64,000 bases of DNA, taken from assembly GCA_013265495.1 (NCBI GenBank), contig MU058718.1, positions 2,751,779-2,815,778 of the forward strand, given 5' to 3'. Below are positions 11,650 through 24,590 of the stretch, piece by piece; the stretch's first letter is position 1; each line of letters begins with the position of its first letter. This stretch comes from Vicugna vicugna. Taxonomy: Eukaryota. The notes beneath the pieces are model-generated. The model made no database searches. It worked only from the letters and a program-made list of their open reading frames with translations, and was not told where the DNA came from. The position numbers and the translations under genes are program-made.

Positions 11650-12102
11650 TTGGTAGCCAGCCTCTAAGAGGATCTGCTATAATTCCTGCCTCCTGGTATT
11701 CACACCTTGTATGACCAATAGGATGTGGCAGAAATGATGATATGTTACTTCTAAAATAGGTCATAAGAGGCTGTAGCTTCTGTCTTGGGCTTTCTCTCTC
11801 CTGGGGGGGGGTCACCATGTTATGAGCAGTTACACCTAGAGGCCCCTGGGGGAAAGAACTGAGGCCTCCTGCCAACAGCCTCATCAATGATCTAGGACCC
11901 AGATCCTTTAGCCCAGTCACTCCTGAGATGACTACAGTCCCGCTGACATCTTAACTGCAGCATCACGAGAGCCGCTGAGTCACAGACGCCCAGCTAAGCC
12001 ACTCCTGGATTCCTGACCACAGAAGCTATTAGATAATAAACATTTGTTGTTTGAAGACACTATGTTTGGGTTAATTTGTTATGGAGCCATAGATAACTAA
12101 CA
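11650..12102 (+). mobile_element. MaLR solo LTR (MLT1F-like)
   Basis: tggtagccagcctctaag...gaactgaggcctcctgccaacagcc...cccagctaagccactcctggattcctgaccacagaa...gccatagataactaaca. Confidence 0.8.
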
Positions 12103-13095
12103 GAGGACCCAATCTACATAATTTTTAGTGCTGGTTTCCCAGTCTACACATACAGCCTTTTAAGTTATCATTCATGCCACAAACTTAGTTGCACATTGGT
12201 TTCTGCTTTGCACCAACCTCAAACTGATAACAACAAGACACTAAAGTTAGCATAGGACGTTTTGTTCCACTAATGATGAAGGGAGGGGGCTAAATCCAAA
12301 GGAGGTCACCGGAGCCTGGATCTGATTTGGTCTCAACCTTCAAATGAAAATCCTGTGCTTTTAAAAAGATTTCTGCCTTTTCAAATCATTACTTTATTGA
12401 CTCAGGCAGTGACTCAAATGAAATGTCATAAGAGGACACCCATAAGAAAGAGAAAAGGACAGAACAGCTGAAAGAGCTGTCCATTATTTCCTTGTAAGTG
12501 GAGTCTCTGATGAAAGGAGAAATGAGCTCCTTTCATATGTAGGTTTAATTCTGCTTCTCGCCCAGTGCAGGTAGGGAAATGAGCTTTCACTGTTGCAGTC
12601 TTTTCTGCTTTTATTGTTAGTGTGTGTTCTCACTCCACACCCTTATTGTCAATGGTTTTTAATCCAGCCATAAGCACTGTTCAAATAGTTCTAGGAATGG
12701 CCTTTATTTCCTGTTTTTAAATGGCTTACATATGTACTGTACATATTTGTATAACTGAAAAAAAAAACATATACATAAACCACCACCTCAAAAATCAATG
12801 AGAGGTTGGGAAGCATGGCCAGCACGTCCAGGGAGAACCAGTCTCTCCCAAGGCACCATTCTCTGCCAGCATGGTCCAAGGAGACTTGGCAGTGGACGCC
12901 AGCCTGAGAACAATCCAAAAGCTGCCATGCCTGTGCCTCTAGTATGGCACAGTAATCAAGTCATGGAGTCCCTGCAAGGGGGTCTCCAACAGGCTGCACG
13001 TAAAATATAGTCTATACACGTGTTCCTCTGTTTTCACAAATAAAAGGAGATGAAAGTGTGACACATCAAATGCAAGTTCATTTAAAAGCATTCTT

Positions 13096-13741
13096 CACAA
13101 CCTAAATGCCCATCAACAGATGAATGGATAAAGAAGATGTGGTATATTACTGTATATAAAACAGATAAGCAACAAGGACCTACTGTGTAGCACAGGGAAC
13201 TATATTCATTTCTTACAATGAGCTGTAATGGAAAAGAATCTGAAAAAAATATATATGCATGTGTATGTTAAAAAAAAAGATGTGGTATATATACACAATG
13301 GATATTATTCAGCCATAAAAAGGAATGAAATATCACCATTTGCAACACAGATGGGCCTAGAGATTATCATTACTAGATTACTAAGTGAAATAAGTCAGAG
13401 AAAGACAAATATATGACATCACTTATACATGGAATCTAAAAAAAATTATACAAATGAACTTTTTTTTACAAAACAGAAGTAGTCTCACAGACATAGAAAA
13501 CAAACTTATGGTTGCCAAAGCAGGAAGAGTAGGGAGGGATAAACTAGGAGTTTGGAATTAACATTACATAAAATAGATAATCAAAAAGAACCTATTATAT
13601 ATAGAACAGGGAATTACATTCAATATCGTATAATAACCTATAATGGAAAAGAGTCTGAAAACAATATACATGTATAACTGAATCACTTTGCTGTATGCCT
13701 GAAACACCGTAAATCAATATACTTCAATAAAAAACAAAAAA
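13096..13741 (+). mobile_element. 5'-truncated L1 (artiodactyl-type 3' end) carrying a nested L1 fragment
   Basis: caacctaaatgcccatcaacagatgaatggataaagaagatgtgg...aatcaatatacttcaataaaa; TSD taaaagca(t/c)tctt at 13083-13095 and 13742-13754. Confidence 0.85.
13148..13276 (+). mobile_element. Short L1 3'-UTR fragment nested in the L1 above
   Basis: Flanked by perfect 14-bp TSD aagatgtggtatat (13134-13147, 13277-13290); ends in an A run. Confidence 0.85.
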
Positions 13742-15525
13742 TAAAAGCACTCTTTAATTAATAGCTTTCTTAGTCAATGGATATTAAAAGTATAGCTTCT
13801 ATTACAGAATATCCTAAGATTTGTACAATTTTATTTATAAAAAGACTTTTCCAACTGACATGCTGAGAATCATTGTTCTAGAGATGCTACCAAGAGGTTA
13901 AAAAAACTCTCGTTCTCCACTGAAATATAACTATTCTAATTCAGTTTCACCCACTCCCTGAATGAGAAAACTTGCTACATTGATTAAAGCAAATCATGCC
14001 CTATGCTTAAATTTACATTTACAGAATACACATTTTAAACAAAAAGAAGAGCAGTCTCATTATGCATTAAATATGGTATATAAATGTACCATATCATAAT
14101 TCCTGGTAGGTAAAAAAATTCCACATGAAATTGTAAAATAAAGAAGGAGGAGGAAAAGAAGAAAAAACAGGGCCCTCGAGGGTCAGGTGGTAAGAAAGGC
14201 AGGGAGTAGAAACCCCTGCCTCGTATGGAAGATTCTAGAAACCTCAGGGGACCCTTTTACTGGCTTAGAAAGATGAAGGGAAACATGTCTGTCTCAGGTC
14301 TCTGTCATATGTGATGGCACTCTGCCAAAGAACACCCCTCTGTCGCTATAGGTGACACAGTTCCCTTGCATGTTTAGCTTCCATTCTTTTTGAGCTTGTC
14401 TATGGTTCAAAGTGAAAAAGTAAAGGTAATTAAAGTGAATCTAACTTCCCTAAATTTATTTTTATTGTATACTTTTAATCTAAAGGTATGTTCAGAAAAA
14501 CTCGCTAAACCACATAGACAAGGTATTTAGGGTAAAAATCATACTGCAGTTTTAACCCAGATAACTACCATTTTTATTTTCAAGCTACCGCCTCACTATT
14601 GTTTTCAATTATGTGGTAAATAACCAGAAATGACAACCACCCACCCCCGTTTCAAACATCAAAAACCATAGCTGTGTTAGTAAAAATTCAAAATAGTTAA
14701 AAATTGTTCTGCCAACCAAACTCTTTAAAATGAAGTGTTACTGAATCCCAAGTCCCCAGAAAACAATACCAGAGACTTCTAAAGTTGGGAGCGACAGCAA
14801 AAGGTAAATCACCATCGTGGACCAACTGCTTTCAGTCCCAGGATGATGGAGTGATTCAGGAGCTCAGCAGCAGTGAGCCAACACCCTGCCCACCCCTGTC
14901 CCCCCACATCCCTTCACACTCATGTAAACAAGGAATTTCCAGTGAAGAATAGTGAACAAGATGGCAAAAGAAAAAACTTTTAAATGCAGATGTATTTGCT
15001 GTCAAGGTCTGTCCAAACCTATTGTATCCAAACTATCGTGTTCTGTGTGTCCCCAGTTAGCTGGGGGATCAGGCAGATGTAGAGACTGAAGATACTGTCT
15101 CTTATTAACAGGCAAAAAGTGCCTCTGAAAGGTAATTTTTTAAAGAAATGAAGTTGATCAAAAACTTGGAAAGATGCAAATATGGCCCCCTAAATTGTAT
15201 TTGAATCTCACAATGGATGTGGAGGTAGAAGCCTTTTAGAGGCTGGATGTTGGTCATGTTTGGGAACAAGCATTAGTCAAAAGGCTTGAGGTTTGTGTGG
15301 TCATTCTTTAAAAGTGGTTTTTATCACTCTCTCCTAACAGGAGGGAAAGGGGGATGTACACAGAGCAGCTGCAACAGTCCAGCAGCCCAGGCACCCACAC
15401 AGATCCTGCTCCAGCTACCTGGTTGAGAGTGAGCGAGCCAGGACAGTAAATCTTCCCAACGCATCCCTATGGTGGCCTGAGTCACCACAAGTGAACCCCT
15501 CTCTATAAAAGGACTCTAACATAGG

Positions 15526-16032
15526 CTGTGCAAGATGATAAAGCACTTCTATCACTTTCTCCTCCTTGTCCTCCCTTGTTCCCAAGTTTTGAAGCAGAGG
15601 CTAAAAGTCCACTTTCCCAGCTCCCTTGCAGCCCAAGTGCTGGCACCTCACCCGAGCTGCTGCTCAGAATCTGATAGGGAAGCTACTAACATGGAGATCT
15701 GGGGATGGTGGATGTGGGTGTGATGGCAGCTACTCTGGGCTTTCAGAGACCGCTGGGGCATCGGTTCCAGTAGCAGAGTTCAAACACCGAGTGTCAGGTG
15801 TCAGTTGTGTGAACTGTAGTGTTTGCATCCCATAGAGGCAGTAGTCGTGTCTCCTGTGGACCAACTCTAAGGTATGATTTGGGTGTCATTTCTGACTATT
15901 CAGCCTCCATATGTAAAGAATCTCCAGCTCTCCTAGAGATTCTGTTAGTGTTATATATCCTTCTGGTAAATTTTCTCTGTGGTAAAATCTGTCCAACTTA
16001 GTTACTACTGCTTTTAACTAAGAACGCCCACA
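15526..16032 (+). mobile_element. ERVL-class solo LTR (LTR33-like)
   Basis: ctttcccagctcccttgcagc...gtatgatttgggtgtcatttctgact...tcctagagattctg...tgcttttaactaagaac. Confidence 0.6.
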
Positions 16033-16496
16033 GTGGATAGTTCTGGGGAATAGGACACAGTTCTCTGAGATCTGAGTCTTTGTTATGTCCAGCATGGGCT
16101 ATGTGATTAGGAGTCAGGTCACAGCCACCCTGTCACTGTGTGAGTTCTTCCCAGTGATAGAACTGGTAGTAGCTGTCAGTTTCTGATCTAGTGGGGACAT
16201 AAAGAAAAATACTGGATACATCGATTAAGATTCTTGCCATCTTCTTAGGATTTATTGTACAGGTCTACAATACATCTTAGAGGGAAAAAGAGAATAAGAG
16301 ATCTGAAAAACTCCACAAAAGGCTAAATGTCTTGGAGGTCTCGAAATGTGTGTCTGCTGCCATGGGGGAGTAAAAAAAAAAAATTACAATAACCTAAAAA
16401 CAGGTATTTTTTTCCGCCTAGCCCCACATTGTGACTGTCATTGATGATACTCGACCAGATGTGAACACCTACGTCTATGTTCTCACTAGAACCACA

Positions 16497-17134
16497 CAGA
16501 GTTAATTCTTATCCTTCATGGTGATATGTTTTCTAAGTTGCCACAAACTTAATTAGTAAATACCGAAGCATTGCATCTAGGGGAAATACAGGGTTAGGCT
16601 CCTGAGAGCTTCAGGTCATGACATTTGGTCAATTGATCAACACATAACCTTGTGTTATGTGTGTTTCTGTTCATTAAGTCACCTTATCTAGTATACACTG
16701 CTGATTCCATAGCAACAGCACTGTAACGTAAGACTGAGGAAACCTACCTAACATACGTATCTTCTCCACAAGGCACAACATAGCCTTCTTGTGCTTAGGA
16801 ACCCTAGACAGCATGTCAGCACTATGCTTCAGGGAACATTTTAAATAGTATAATCACCACCACCAATAACAATAATGTGAAAAACATGGTACTAAATAGA
16901 CCATGAGAAGAACACTTTGTTTAAAGTATGAGAGCTGAAACAAAAAGGCAGAGTGCTGCTTCGGTTTGGCCTGAGCTGGGAATACACATGTTGAGCAACT
17001 CAAATTTTTCACTCCTCTGCTTAAGTCTGTGAGTGATTGTGAAAGTGCTGTTGAGTTTTGATTGGGGGTTACAAATACATTTTAGTACATAGGCAAATTC
17101 ACAAATAAGGAATTGGCAAATAAAGGAAGGACTG
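16497..17134 (-). mobile_element. MER82-like TcMar-Tigger DNA transposon
   Basis: ctaggggaaatacagggttagg...agccttcttgtgcttaggaac...gattgggggttacaaatacattttagt...aggcaaattcacaaata; about 640 bp. Confidence 0.75.
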
Positions 17135-20100
17135 TGCTTTGTTCATAGAAATATTCCTGATGCCACAAACTGCTTTTGAACATTGTGATTACACATCATC
17201 CTTTCGAACTTCTGGGTCATGAATGTGGGTGGAGCGATGTAAATTGCAAAGAGAAAACAATGTTCAGTTATGAGAAAATTAATTTGGGGTTGAATTTTCA
17301 GGTGGTAAGCACGATCCGTAGTGATTTTCTAAATTAGCTATCCATAAAGGAGGTAAATGTTTCTTGCTCAAAACAAAACAAAAAACAAAAAGATTTCTTG
17401 TTCCGTCATTGGCAAAGCAGATTAACAAAAATTATACCCCAACAGTTTTTCATCTAGACGCTCTCTACTGCCCCTCACATTTTCATTCAATAGGTGTTGC
17501 TTCATTTTGAAACATGGCTACAAACAGAGTACACATATTAGTGACCATTTCTTCTCAACTTCTCTATGTAATATTCACATGAATCATTTCAGATGAGCTC
17601 ACACTATTCCACTGAGCTGCCGGACATTTTGATTGCTTCCAATTTTTGCTGTTTTAAATAGCTCTACAATAAACATTTTTAAAGAAAAGTTTTCATTTAA
17701 AAAAAAAATTTGTTTCCTGAGGCTAACTCCCCAGAACAGGTGAAGAAACTGGGCACCCCGATTGCTAGTAATTATAAATTAATTTATAATTAATTAGGAG
17801 CCTACAGAAAGTGGTGACAAGCCTCCCTGTTTCCCCAAAGATCCTTCAGCAGTGGCTTTATTTCTTTAATTTGCTAAATTAATAGGTGTGAAATTGCATT
17901 TTATTATTGTTTTAGTTTGCTTTTATTTAATTACTGGTGAGGATGAAGAGCTTTTCCTATACTGATTTAGTCATTCCCTAAGTCAATTAACATTTACCAA
18001 GTCCCTGCCGGGTGACCAGGAGGCCAGGTGTATGTCAGATCCTGTCCCTGCCCTTGGAGAACCCTACCTCTGCCTGCCTTTACTTTTGTACAAACTACCT
18101 ATTAAAATTCAGCCATCTGATTACTGGAGGCTCTGTTGTCTTTTAAGCTTTGAAAAAGCATTTTACTTATTCAAATTCAGACAATAAATCTTTACCTATT
18201 ACAATGCCAATACCTTCCAAATTAATTTTTCCTTAATTTTGATGGTTTGGTGGAATAATTTTAATTGTTGAACAGACAGAAATAAGGAGTCATATTCAAA
18301 ATATTTAATAATTGGCAAAACTAAATATCAATACATCATGTAATAAACCAGAAATACTTAACCAAAATATATTTAACATTCATTTTAGTTGCTGAATTAA
18401 CTACCTCCTAAAATATTCCTAAGTGAGACATTAGAGAAAATGACTCACCAAAATATTCTAGAGATTTCCAGACTGTTTGTTGATTTTTACAAATTGTTGC
18501 TGTGATCTTAAGTTGTTGAAGCTGTCACCTAGCTCACTCAGCGATGTCCCTGCTCAGACCATAGAAGAATCACATCAATGACTTCACCATGATATGGACA
18601 GTCATTAAAGCTCTGATATCTTTGTTGCAGCCGGGCATACCACAGACTCTTCACAAAAGGGATGCCCTGCAACTCTAGGCAGCCCTGGGGCAGAGAGAGC
18701 ACAGGATGCTGCACACACTTCCACTCACTCGGTGGCTTCTGGAGCCACCAGCCTCTAGCTGGCACTCCTCCCAGGTCCATTAACTCCTCTGTAGCCACTG
18801 ATGGGTGATGTCATTAGAGACTGTATCGTCTTAACCAAGAGATAATTTCTCTTTACCAACTGAAATGAAAACATTTCAGTATTTTAACACTCAATGCAGC
18901 CCTGCTACGATGTACCAGCTGATGATTAGCGCTGGTTACCCCATATTAAATGTTTTACCTGAAATGATTATCCAGACACGTAATCCCTGCAGATTTGACA
19001 CCTGCTTAGATAAAAGAGCCTAAGCATTCCCAAATACTTAAGACGGTCCACCTGGTAGGATATGGGAACACACTGGAATCATCCTGAAATGCTCCACATC
19101 TGAACTCTGCATGCACTGGCTGAATACCTCACCCAAATGAACCAAATACAAAGTCAGCTGATGAGAGCATTTCAATGCCAGGAGGGACGTTTACATCACT
19201 TTTATTCAGTTGTGAATACTGAGTTTCTCTTTCTGACAATTAGACAACCAGTAGATTCAAATCTCTTTAAGGCCAAGTCCCTCTGGCTGGGAAGAACTTA
19301 GATCAGTTAAAGTTAAGTGACTGAGAAGTTTCTCCCTGATGACCACCCCACCACCAGTGACACAACCTCCCGCCCCCAGACAATCTGTCCCCTCTTCTGG
19401 AGAACTTAGAAACAAGGAAATGGGATTGCTCTCTGAGAGTAAAACTATTAAGTCTGTTATGAAAATTTTTCCAAAACTCAGAAATAAGGCAGGATGACTA
19501 CTGTGCACCCTTCAATGTCACACGAGAACACTGTCTGACAAGCTCGTCCAGCTTCATCTGATACTGCAGGAGCATGGTTTTTGACTTACTGTTGAGATGG
19601 GCCTGACTCTGTAAAACTAGATATTCCCTTGTAGAAGATTGATCAATTACAAATGATTTTTTTTTCCTGGCAGAGATGTAAAAATTTGATTGAAAAAATA
19701 ACCCCAAAGGCTATGCCTTACTGCCCTGTAGGACATTAACCAGTTTTGTACATAATTTGGCACTATTATTCCAGCATTCTTTCTCTCACTTATTATATAT
19801 ACTTCTTGTATTCTTTAATCAAGTTTTTCATTTGCTGTTTGCTTTAATGAGTTAATTAAATCTTTAACATGGGCTTACTATGTATTTGGATGAGATTCAT
19901 GTTCTTAATTTTTCCAAAACTGACTGTAACAATCATAATTTAATGGGTTGCAGTGGAGATTTGCAAAGACATCATTGAAAAGACAGAATTATGTACTTCT
20001 AGACAGATCTGACTAGACTGACAGCAGTGACTCAACTGAATTCATTTCATTACCTGTCAGTCAGCAAAGTTGAATCAGTGAGCCAGCATTGGAAGCTTCA

Positions 20101-20545
20101 TTAGTAAATGTCCATCCATCTAAGCACTGACCAAGGAGACGTGGTCCACTTGGAAGGTGCACCCCTATGTCTTCAGTAGGTAACCAGCCTGATGCCACTA
20201 ACATACAAACTGTATATCTAGCTCCTTTTCCCCATTTTCATGCTCACTGAGTAGCCTCTGGATTATAAATCGGTTTCTCAGGCACGGAAATGATTCACTG
20301 GTCAGGCCAACATAAGTAACCCAGTCAGTTTGTAGTTTCATTTTTCACTGTAAAATAATAAATTGTCACTGGCATGCGGTTTTTGATTCCAGTTCTTTGT
20401 GGAACCTGACAGCATGTGTCTGTGTTGTGACTTCAATCAATTCTGGTTCTTCAACCAGATCAAGTTCCTAGGCCTGCAAGCTGTGGTCTACCCAAGAGCA
20501 CGTGATTCCACCAAGGGAAATGCCAACTGGTTAGAACTCTGGTGA

Positions 20546-20945
20546 CAGTGCTTCTCAAACTATCTGTGGTTCTGGATACGTTTTTCGTTCATTTGTTTTT
20601 AATTTCCAATCCCTTGTGGATCAACACTTTAATACAATGCAATAAAAATACATTACCAGGGAAATGCAATTTTTAAAAAAGTCATAGAAGATGAAGGCCC
20701 AGTTTTTTTAATCACAGATTCAAGAGAATCCAAATTACTCTGCAGTATAGAAGTTCCTTTTAGAAGCAGAAAAAGTTCTCAATTTACGTGCTTATCTCAG
20801 GTCCAGAGACTTTACCTCATCTGGGAATTTGTTAGAAATGCAAATTCTTGGGCCTCATCTCAGAACAACTAAAGCAGAAACTCTGGGGTGGGGCTCAGCA
20901 ATCTGTGTTTTAACAAGACCTGAGGTGACTGCAATGCCTGCTTTC
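20546..20945 (+). mobile_element. hAT-Charlie elements (Charlie18a-like followed by MER5A)
   Basis: cagtgcttctcaaactatctgtgg... then ctgggaatttgttagaaatgcaaattcttgggcctcatctcaga...cagaaactctggggtggggctcagcaatctgtgttttaacaag. Confidence 0.75.
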
Positions 20946-21559
20946 ATTTTCATGAGCGTCACTCACATAAAATGAGTCACAAGCCTAAATGGCAAAAGGG
21001 CCAGGCAGGTACAGAAACGTAATTTTGACAAGATGAGGATTATAAGGAATGGTAGAGTCTCTGGCAGACTGTAGCCCTGATGTCCCACATAGAAGCCTTC
21101 AAATCCAGACACACACACAAACACACACAAACGCACACACACATACACACAGACACCCCTCCGGTCACATAAAACTTCTACTAGCAAGTGTCGGACCCCG
21201 TCTATTACTTTTTCTACATGTGGATTGATAGTAATCTCAGCCTTGATAAAATATGATGAGTTACCTTTTCCCAACAATTCCTTACCCTCATGATATTAGA
21301 AATTTAATCCTAAGTGTGTGAAACCTTGGTACTTGTGGTCTTTATTTTGTCACAAGAATCTGTTTCTGTTTTTAATTCACATCATTTTGAATTGTGAAAT
21401 GTTATAATACATTTTTAATCATCCTCGACTATGTTTTTCCTTTGACAGCTTGAAAGTTCATTCTCACCAATTACTTTTAGAATAATTTTGTGATATTCCA
21501 GAAAAAGTGTTCTGTCAACATTTCGAATGAAACTCTTAACTTGGTTAACTATGAGTTCA

Positions 21560-21740
21560 CTTGGTGATGGGTTAGGAAAAACAGGCTTTCAACTCCTACC
21601 CTAGCTTTGCTGCTCAGTAACTCTGTGGCTTTGGGCAAGATATTGAGCCTGTGAAATGTCAACAGCAACACCTCCCTCAAAAGCCTGCTGTAAAAAATTA
21701 ACGAAACAACATAAGCAAATCACCTGTCAATTTCCAGGTG
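21560..21740 (+). mobile_element. MIR SINE
   Basis: ctagctttgctgctcagtaactctgtggctttgggcaag...cacctccctcaaaag. Confidence 0.55.
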
Positions 21741-22071
21741 CTCCAGAACCTCACAGCCTTCTCCCTTATTCCCATTCTCAAATGTGGTAGCTCCCAATTA
21801 ATAGTTGTCTTCATTCCAGGGAGGAAAGAAATGGAGAATAAAACAATCCCAAAAGTGATACATTTCTCCCTTTGTACTGCTTGTCTATGACCTAATTATT
21901 TTATATATAGTATTTCTATTCCAAATATTTTTGGGTGAGTTGTACCATGGTCATAAAATGTGACATATGATATACTTTCCTAGTTCTTATTGAATATTTC
22001 TATGTGTTCAAGTCAAGAATATATTTTTATAATTTTCTATATGTCTGGGAGAAAAAGATTTATTTTTTCCA

Positions 22072-23012
22072 CTGGCAACAAAAATAAAAATGGATAAATT
22101 AGATTACATAAAAATGAAAAAATTTCTGTGCAGCAAAGGACACAACCAGCAGAGTAAGAAGGCAACTCATGAAATGGAAGAAAATAATTGCAGATCATAT
22201 AAGGGGTTAATATCCAGAATATATAAAGAACTCCTACAACTCAGTAATAAACAACAACCCAATAAAAGGGCAAATGATTTAACATACTTTTCTCCAAGAA
22301 GACACAGAAATGGTCAATAAGCACATGAAAAGATGCTCCCAGTCACTAATTTTTGCTTTTGCTTGTGCACTTTTGCTGAGAATATACAATGGTACAGCTA
22401 TCATGAAAACAGTATGGCTGTTTCACAAAAAATTGAAAATAGATATACCATATGATCCAGAAATTCCACATATAGGTATATATCAGAGAATTAAAAGTAA
22501 GATCTTGAAGAGATATTTGTACATGCATGCTCATATCAGCATTATTTACAATAGCCAAGAGGTAGAAGCAAACCAAGTATCCATCAATAGATGAATGGAT
22601 CAACAAAATGTGATATATATACACACACACACATACAATGGAATATTATTCAGACATAAAAACAAATTCTGACATGCTACAACATGGATAAACCTTGAAG
22701 ACATTATGCTAAGTGAAATATAGCCAGTCACAAAAAGACAAATACTGTATATAAATTCTTATATGAGGTACCTAGAATAGTCAAATACATAGAGACAGAA
22801 AGTAGAATGGTGGCTGCCAGGCGCTGAGGGCAGGGAGGAGGGGGAAATTATTGTTTAACCAGTATAGAGTTTCAGTTTTGCAAGATGAAAAGAGATGGAT
22901 GGTGGTGATGGTAGCACAATGAGAATGTGCTTAGTATCACTGAACTGTACACTTAAAAATGGTTACAATGGTAAATGTTATGTTATGTGTATTTTACCAC
23001 AATTTCAAAACA
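22072..23012 (+). mobile_element. L1MB-type LINE, ORF2 C-terminus plus 3' UTR (decayed)
   Basis: Translated remnants KMDKLDYIKMKKFLC, YKGLISRIYKELLQL, KHMKRCS, IPYDPEIPHIGIY are L1 ORF2p C-terminal motifs; 3' end ctgaactgtacacttaaaaatggtta. Confidence 0.9.
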
Positions 23013-23664
23013 AGAAACCTCAAAAAAAAAACCTGAGATGTTTATTTTCCTTTCTCCACCCTTAATTTTGACATCAATCATAATCATTCTGCCTACTGTT
23101 AGTACCATTCTTGCTTTAGTTCCAACTGGGGCTTGGGCTGGGGATGGCCCCGAGCCCCAGGGAAGGGGCTGGTTCAGGGTCTGTGGGCTCAGCCAGAGAA
23201 TGGCTGAACCTTGGCTGAGATGAGGCTAAGCTAGGGCTGATGGGCAGAAATGCTCTGGGAGAGGGGAAAACACTGGGTTCCCCCAAAGAGCTTAGAGGCA
23301 AACTCTTATTTGTCAGCAAAGTTTCAGGACCAGGAGTCTACTGCAGAGATAAGGAAACGTCTCATAAACAAGGTGGGACACGGTCCCTGAAGGTCAATTC
23401 CAGAGTTGAGATGGGTTTCCAGAAAGCTGACAAGGCATGGTCAGAGATGGAGGTTTCATCACAGCCACCCTTCCTCCCCTTTCTTTTTCATCCTTCCTCA
23501 CAGCTGCTGAAGGCAAAATACATCAGAATCTCAAGGTCTTTCTTAATTAGCAGTCTGGGTCACCCTACCTCTTTTACTGTCGCTGAATCCTCATGGCATC
23601 ATGGCTGGAACCCAGAAGGCAGAGCCGACAATGTCTAAGTGCTATAGTGAACTGTCAAAGAAGG

Positions 23665-24590
23665 TAGAAGGCAGCTCCTCAAAAAATTAGAACTGCCACA
23701 AAATCCAGCAATTCCATTTCTGGGTGCTTATTATAAGGAAACAAAAACCCCACCTTGAAAAGATATCTGTACCCCCATGTTCACTGCAGCATTATTTGGT
23801 AATAGTCAAGACATGGAAACAACCTATGTGTCCATTGATGGATGAAGGGATAAAGAAAATGTGATATACACAGACATACTGGAATATTACTCAGCCATAA
23901 AAAGAACGAAATCTTGCCATTTACACCAACATGAATGGACCCTGAGGACACTATACTAACTGAAGTAAGTCAGACAGAAAAAGACAAATACTGTATGATC
24001 TGACTTATATGTGGATTTTAAAAAATTTTTTATTGAAGTATACTTGATTTACAATGTTAGTTTCAGGAGTACAGAAAAGTGGTTCAGTTATACATATACA
24101 TATATATTTTCTTTTCAGACTCTTTTTCATTATGTGTTATTATAAGAAATTGAATATTACATGTGGAATCTTAAAGCAAAACAAAACAAAAACCCCTGAA
24201 TCTTAGACACAGAGAACAGACTGGTAATTGCCAGAGGCTGTGGGGGAGGCAGTTATACTATATGTGTGAAATGGGTAAATGTGATCAAAAGGTACAAACT
24301 TCCAGTTATAAGATAAATAAGCCCTGCGGATGTAATGTACCGCATGGTGACTACAGTTAACAATACTGTATTTCATATTTGAAAGTTTCTAAAGAGCACA
24401 TCTTAAAAGTTCTTAACCCAAGAGAAATAAATTTGTAACTGTGTGGTGATGGATGTTAACTAGACTTATTGTGGAGATGGTGATCATTTTACAACATATA
24501 TAAGTATTGAATCATTATGTTGCATGTTGTACACTTGAAACTAGTATGCTCTATGTAATTTACATCTCAATTTTAAGAAAAAGAAAAGAA
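23665..24590 (+). mobile_element. L1MA9-like LINE 3' region
   Basis: aaattagaactgccacaaaatccagcaattcc...aaaaggtacaaacttccagttataagataaataag...gcatggtgactacagttaacaatactgta. Confidence 0.85.
24023..24156 (-). mobile_element. Younger L1 3' end inserted antisense inside the L1MA9-like element
   Basis: tttattgaagtatacttgatttacaatgttagtttcagg... (reverse L1 terminus) between diverged TSDs ttatatgtggattttaaa / ttacatgtggaatcttaaa. Confidence 0.8.

Noticed and set aside
18538..18798. 86-codon minus-strand ORF in unique sequence
   Set aside because: Non-ATG start, no recognisable family, no convincing acceptor; length expected by chance.
19498..19707. Minus-strand ORF ending ...SKTMLLQYQMKLDELVRQCSRVTLKGAQ* that looks like a terminal coding exon
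   Set aside because: No recognisable homology; not part of the small Gamma-2 protein; the frame runs through a gtaagt donor, so it is better treated as a possible UTR cassette or chance ORF.
22090..22630. ORFs of 76-94 codons with clear protein motifs
   Set aside because: Frameshifted L1 ORF2 remnants, not host genes; the same applies to ORFs at 13228, 29121, 30662, 32915 and 57199.
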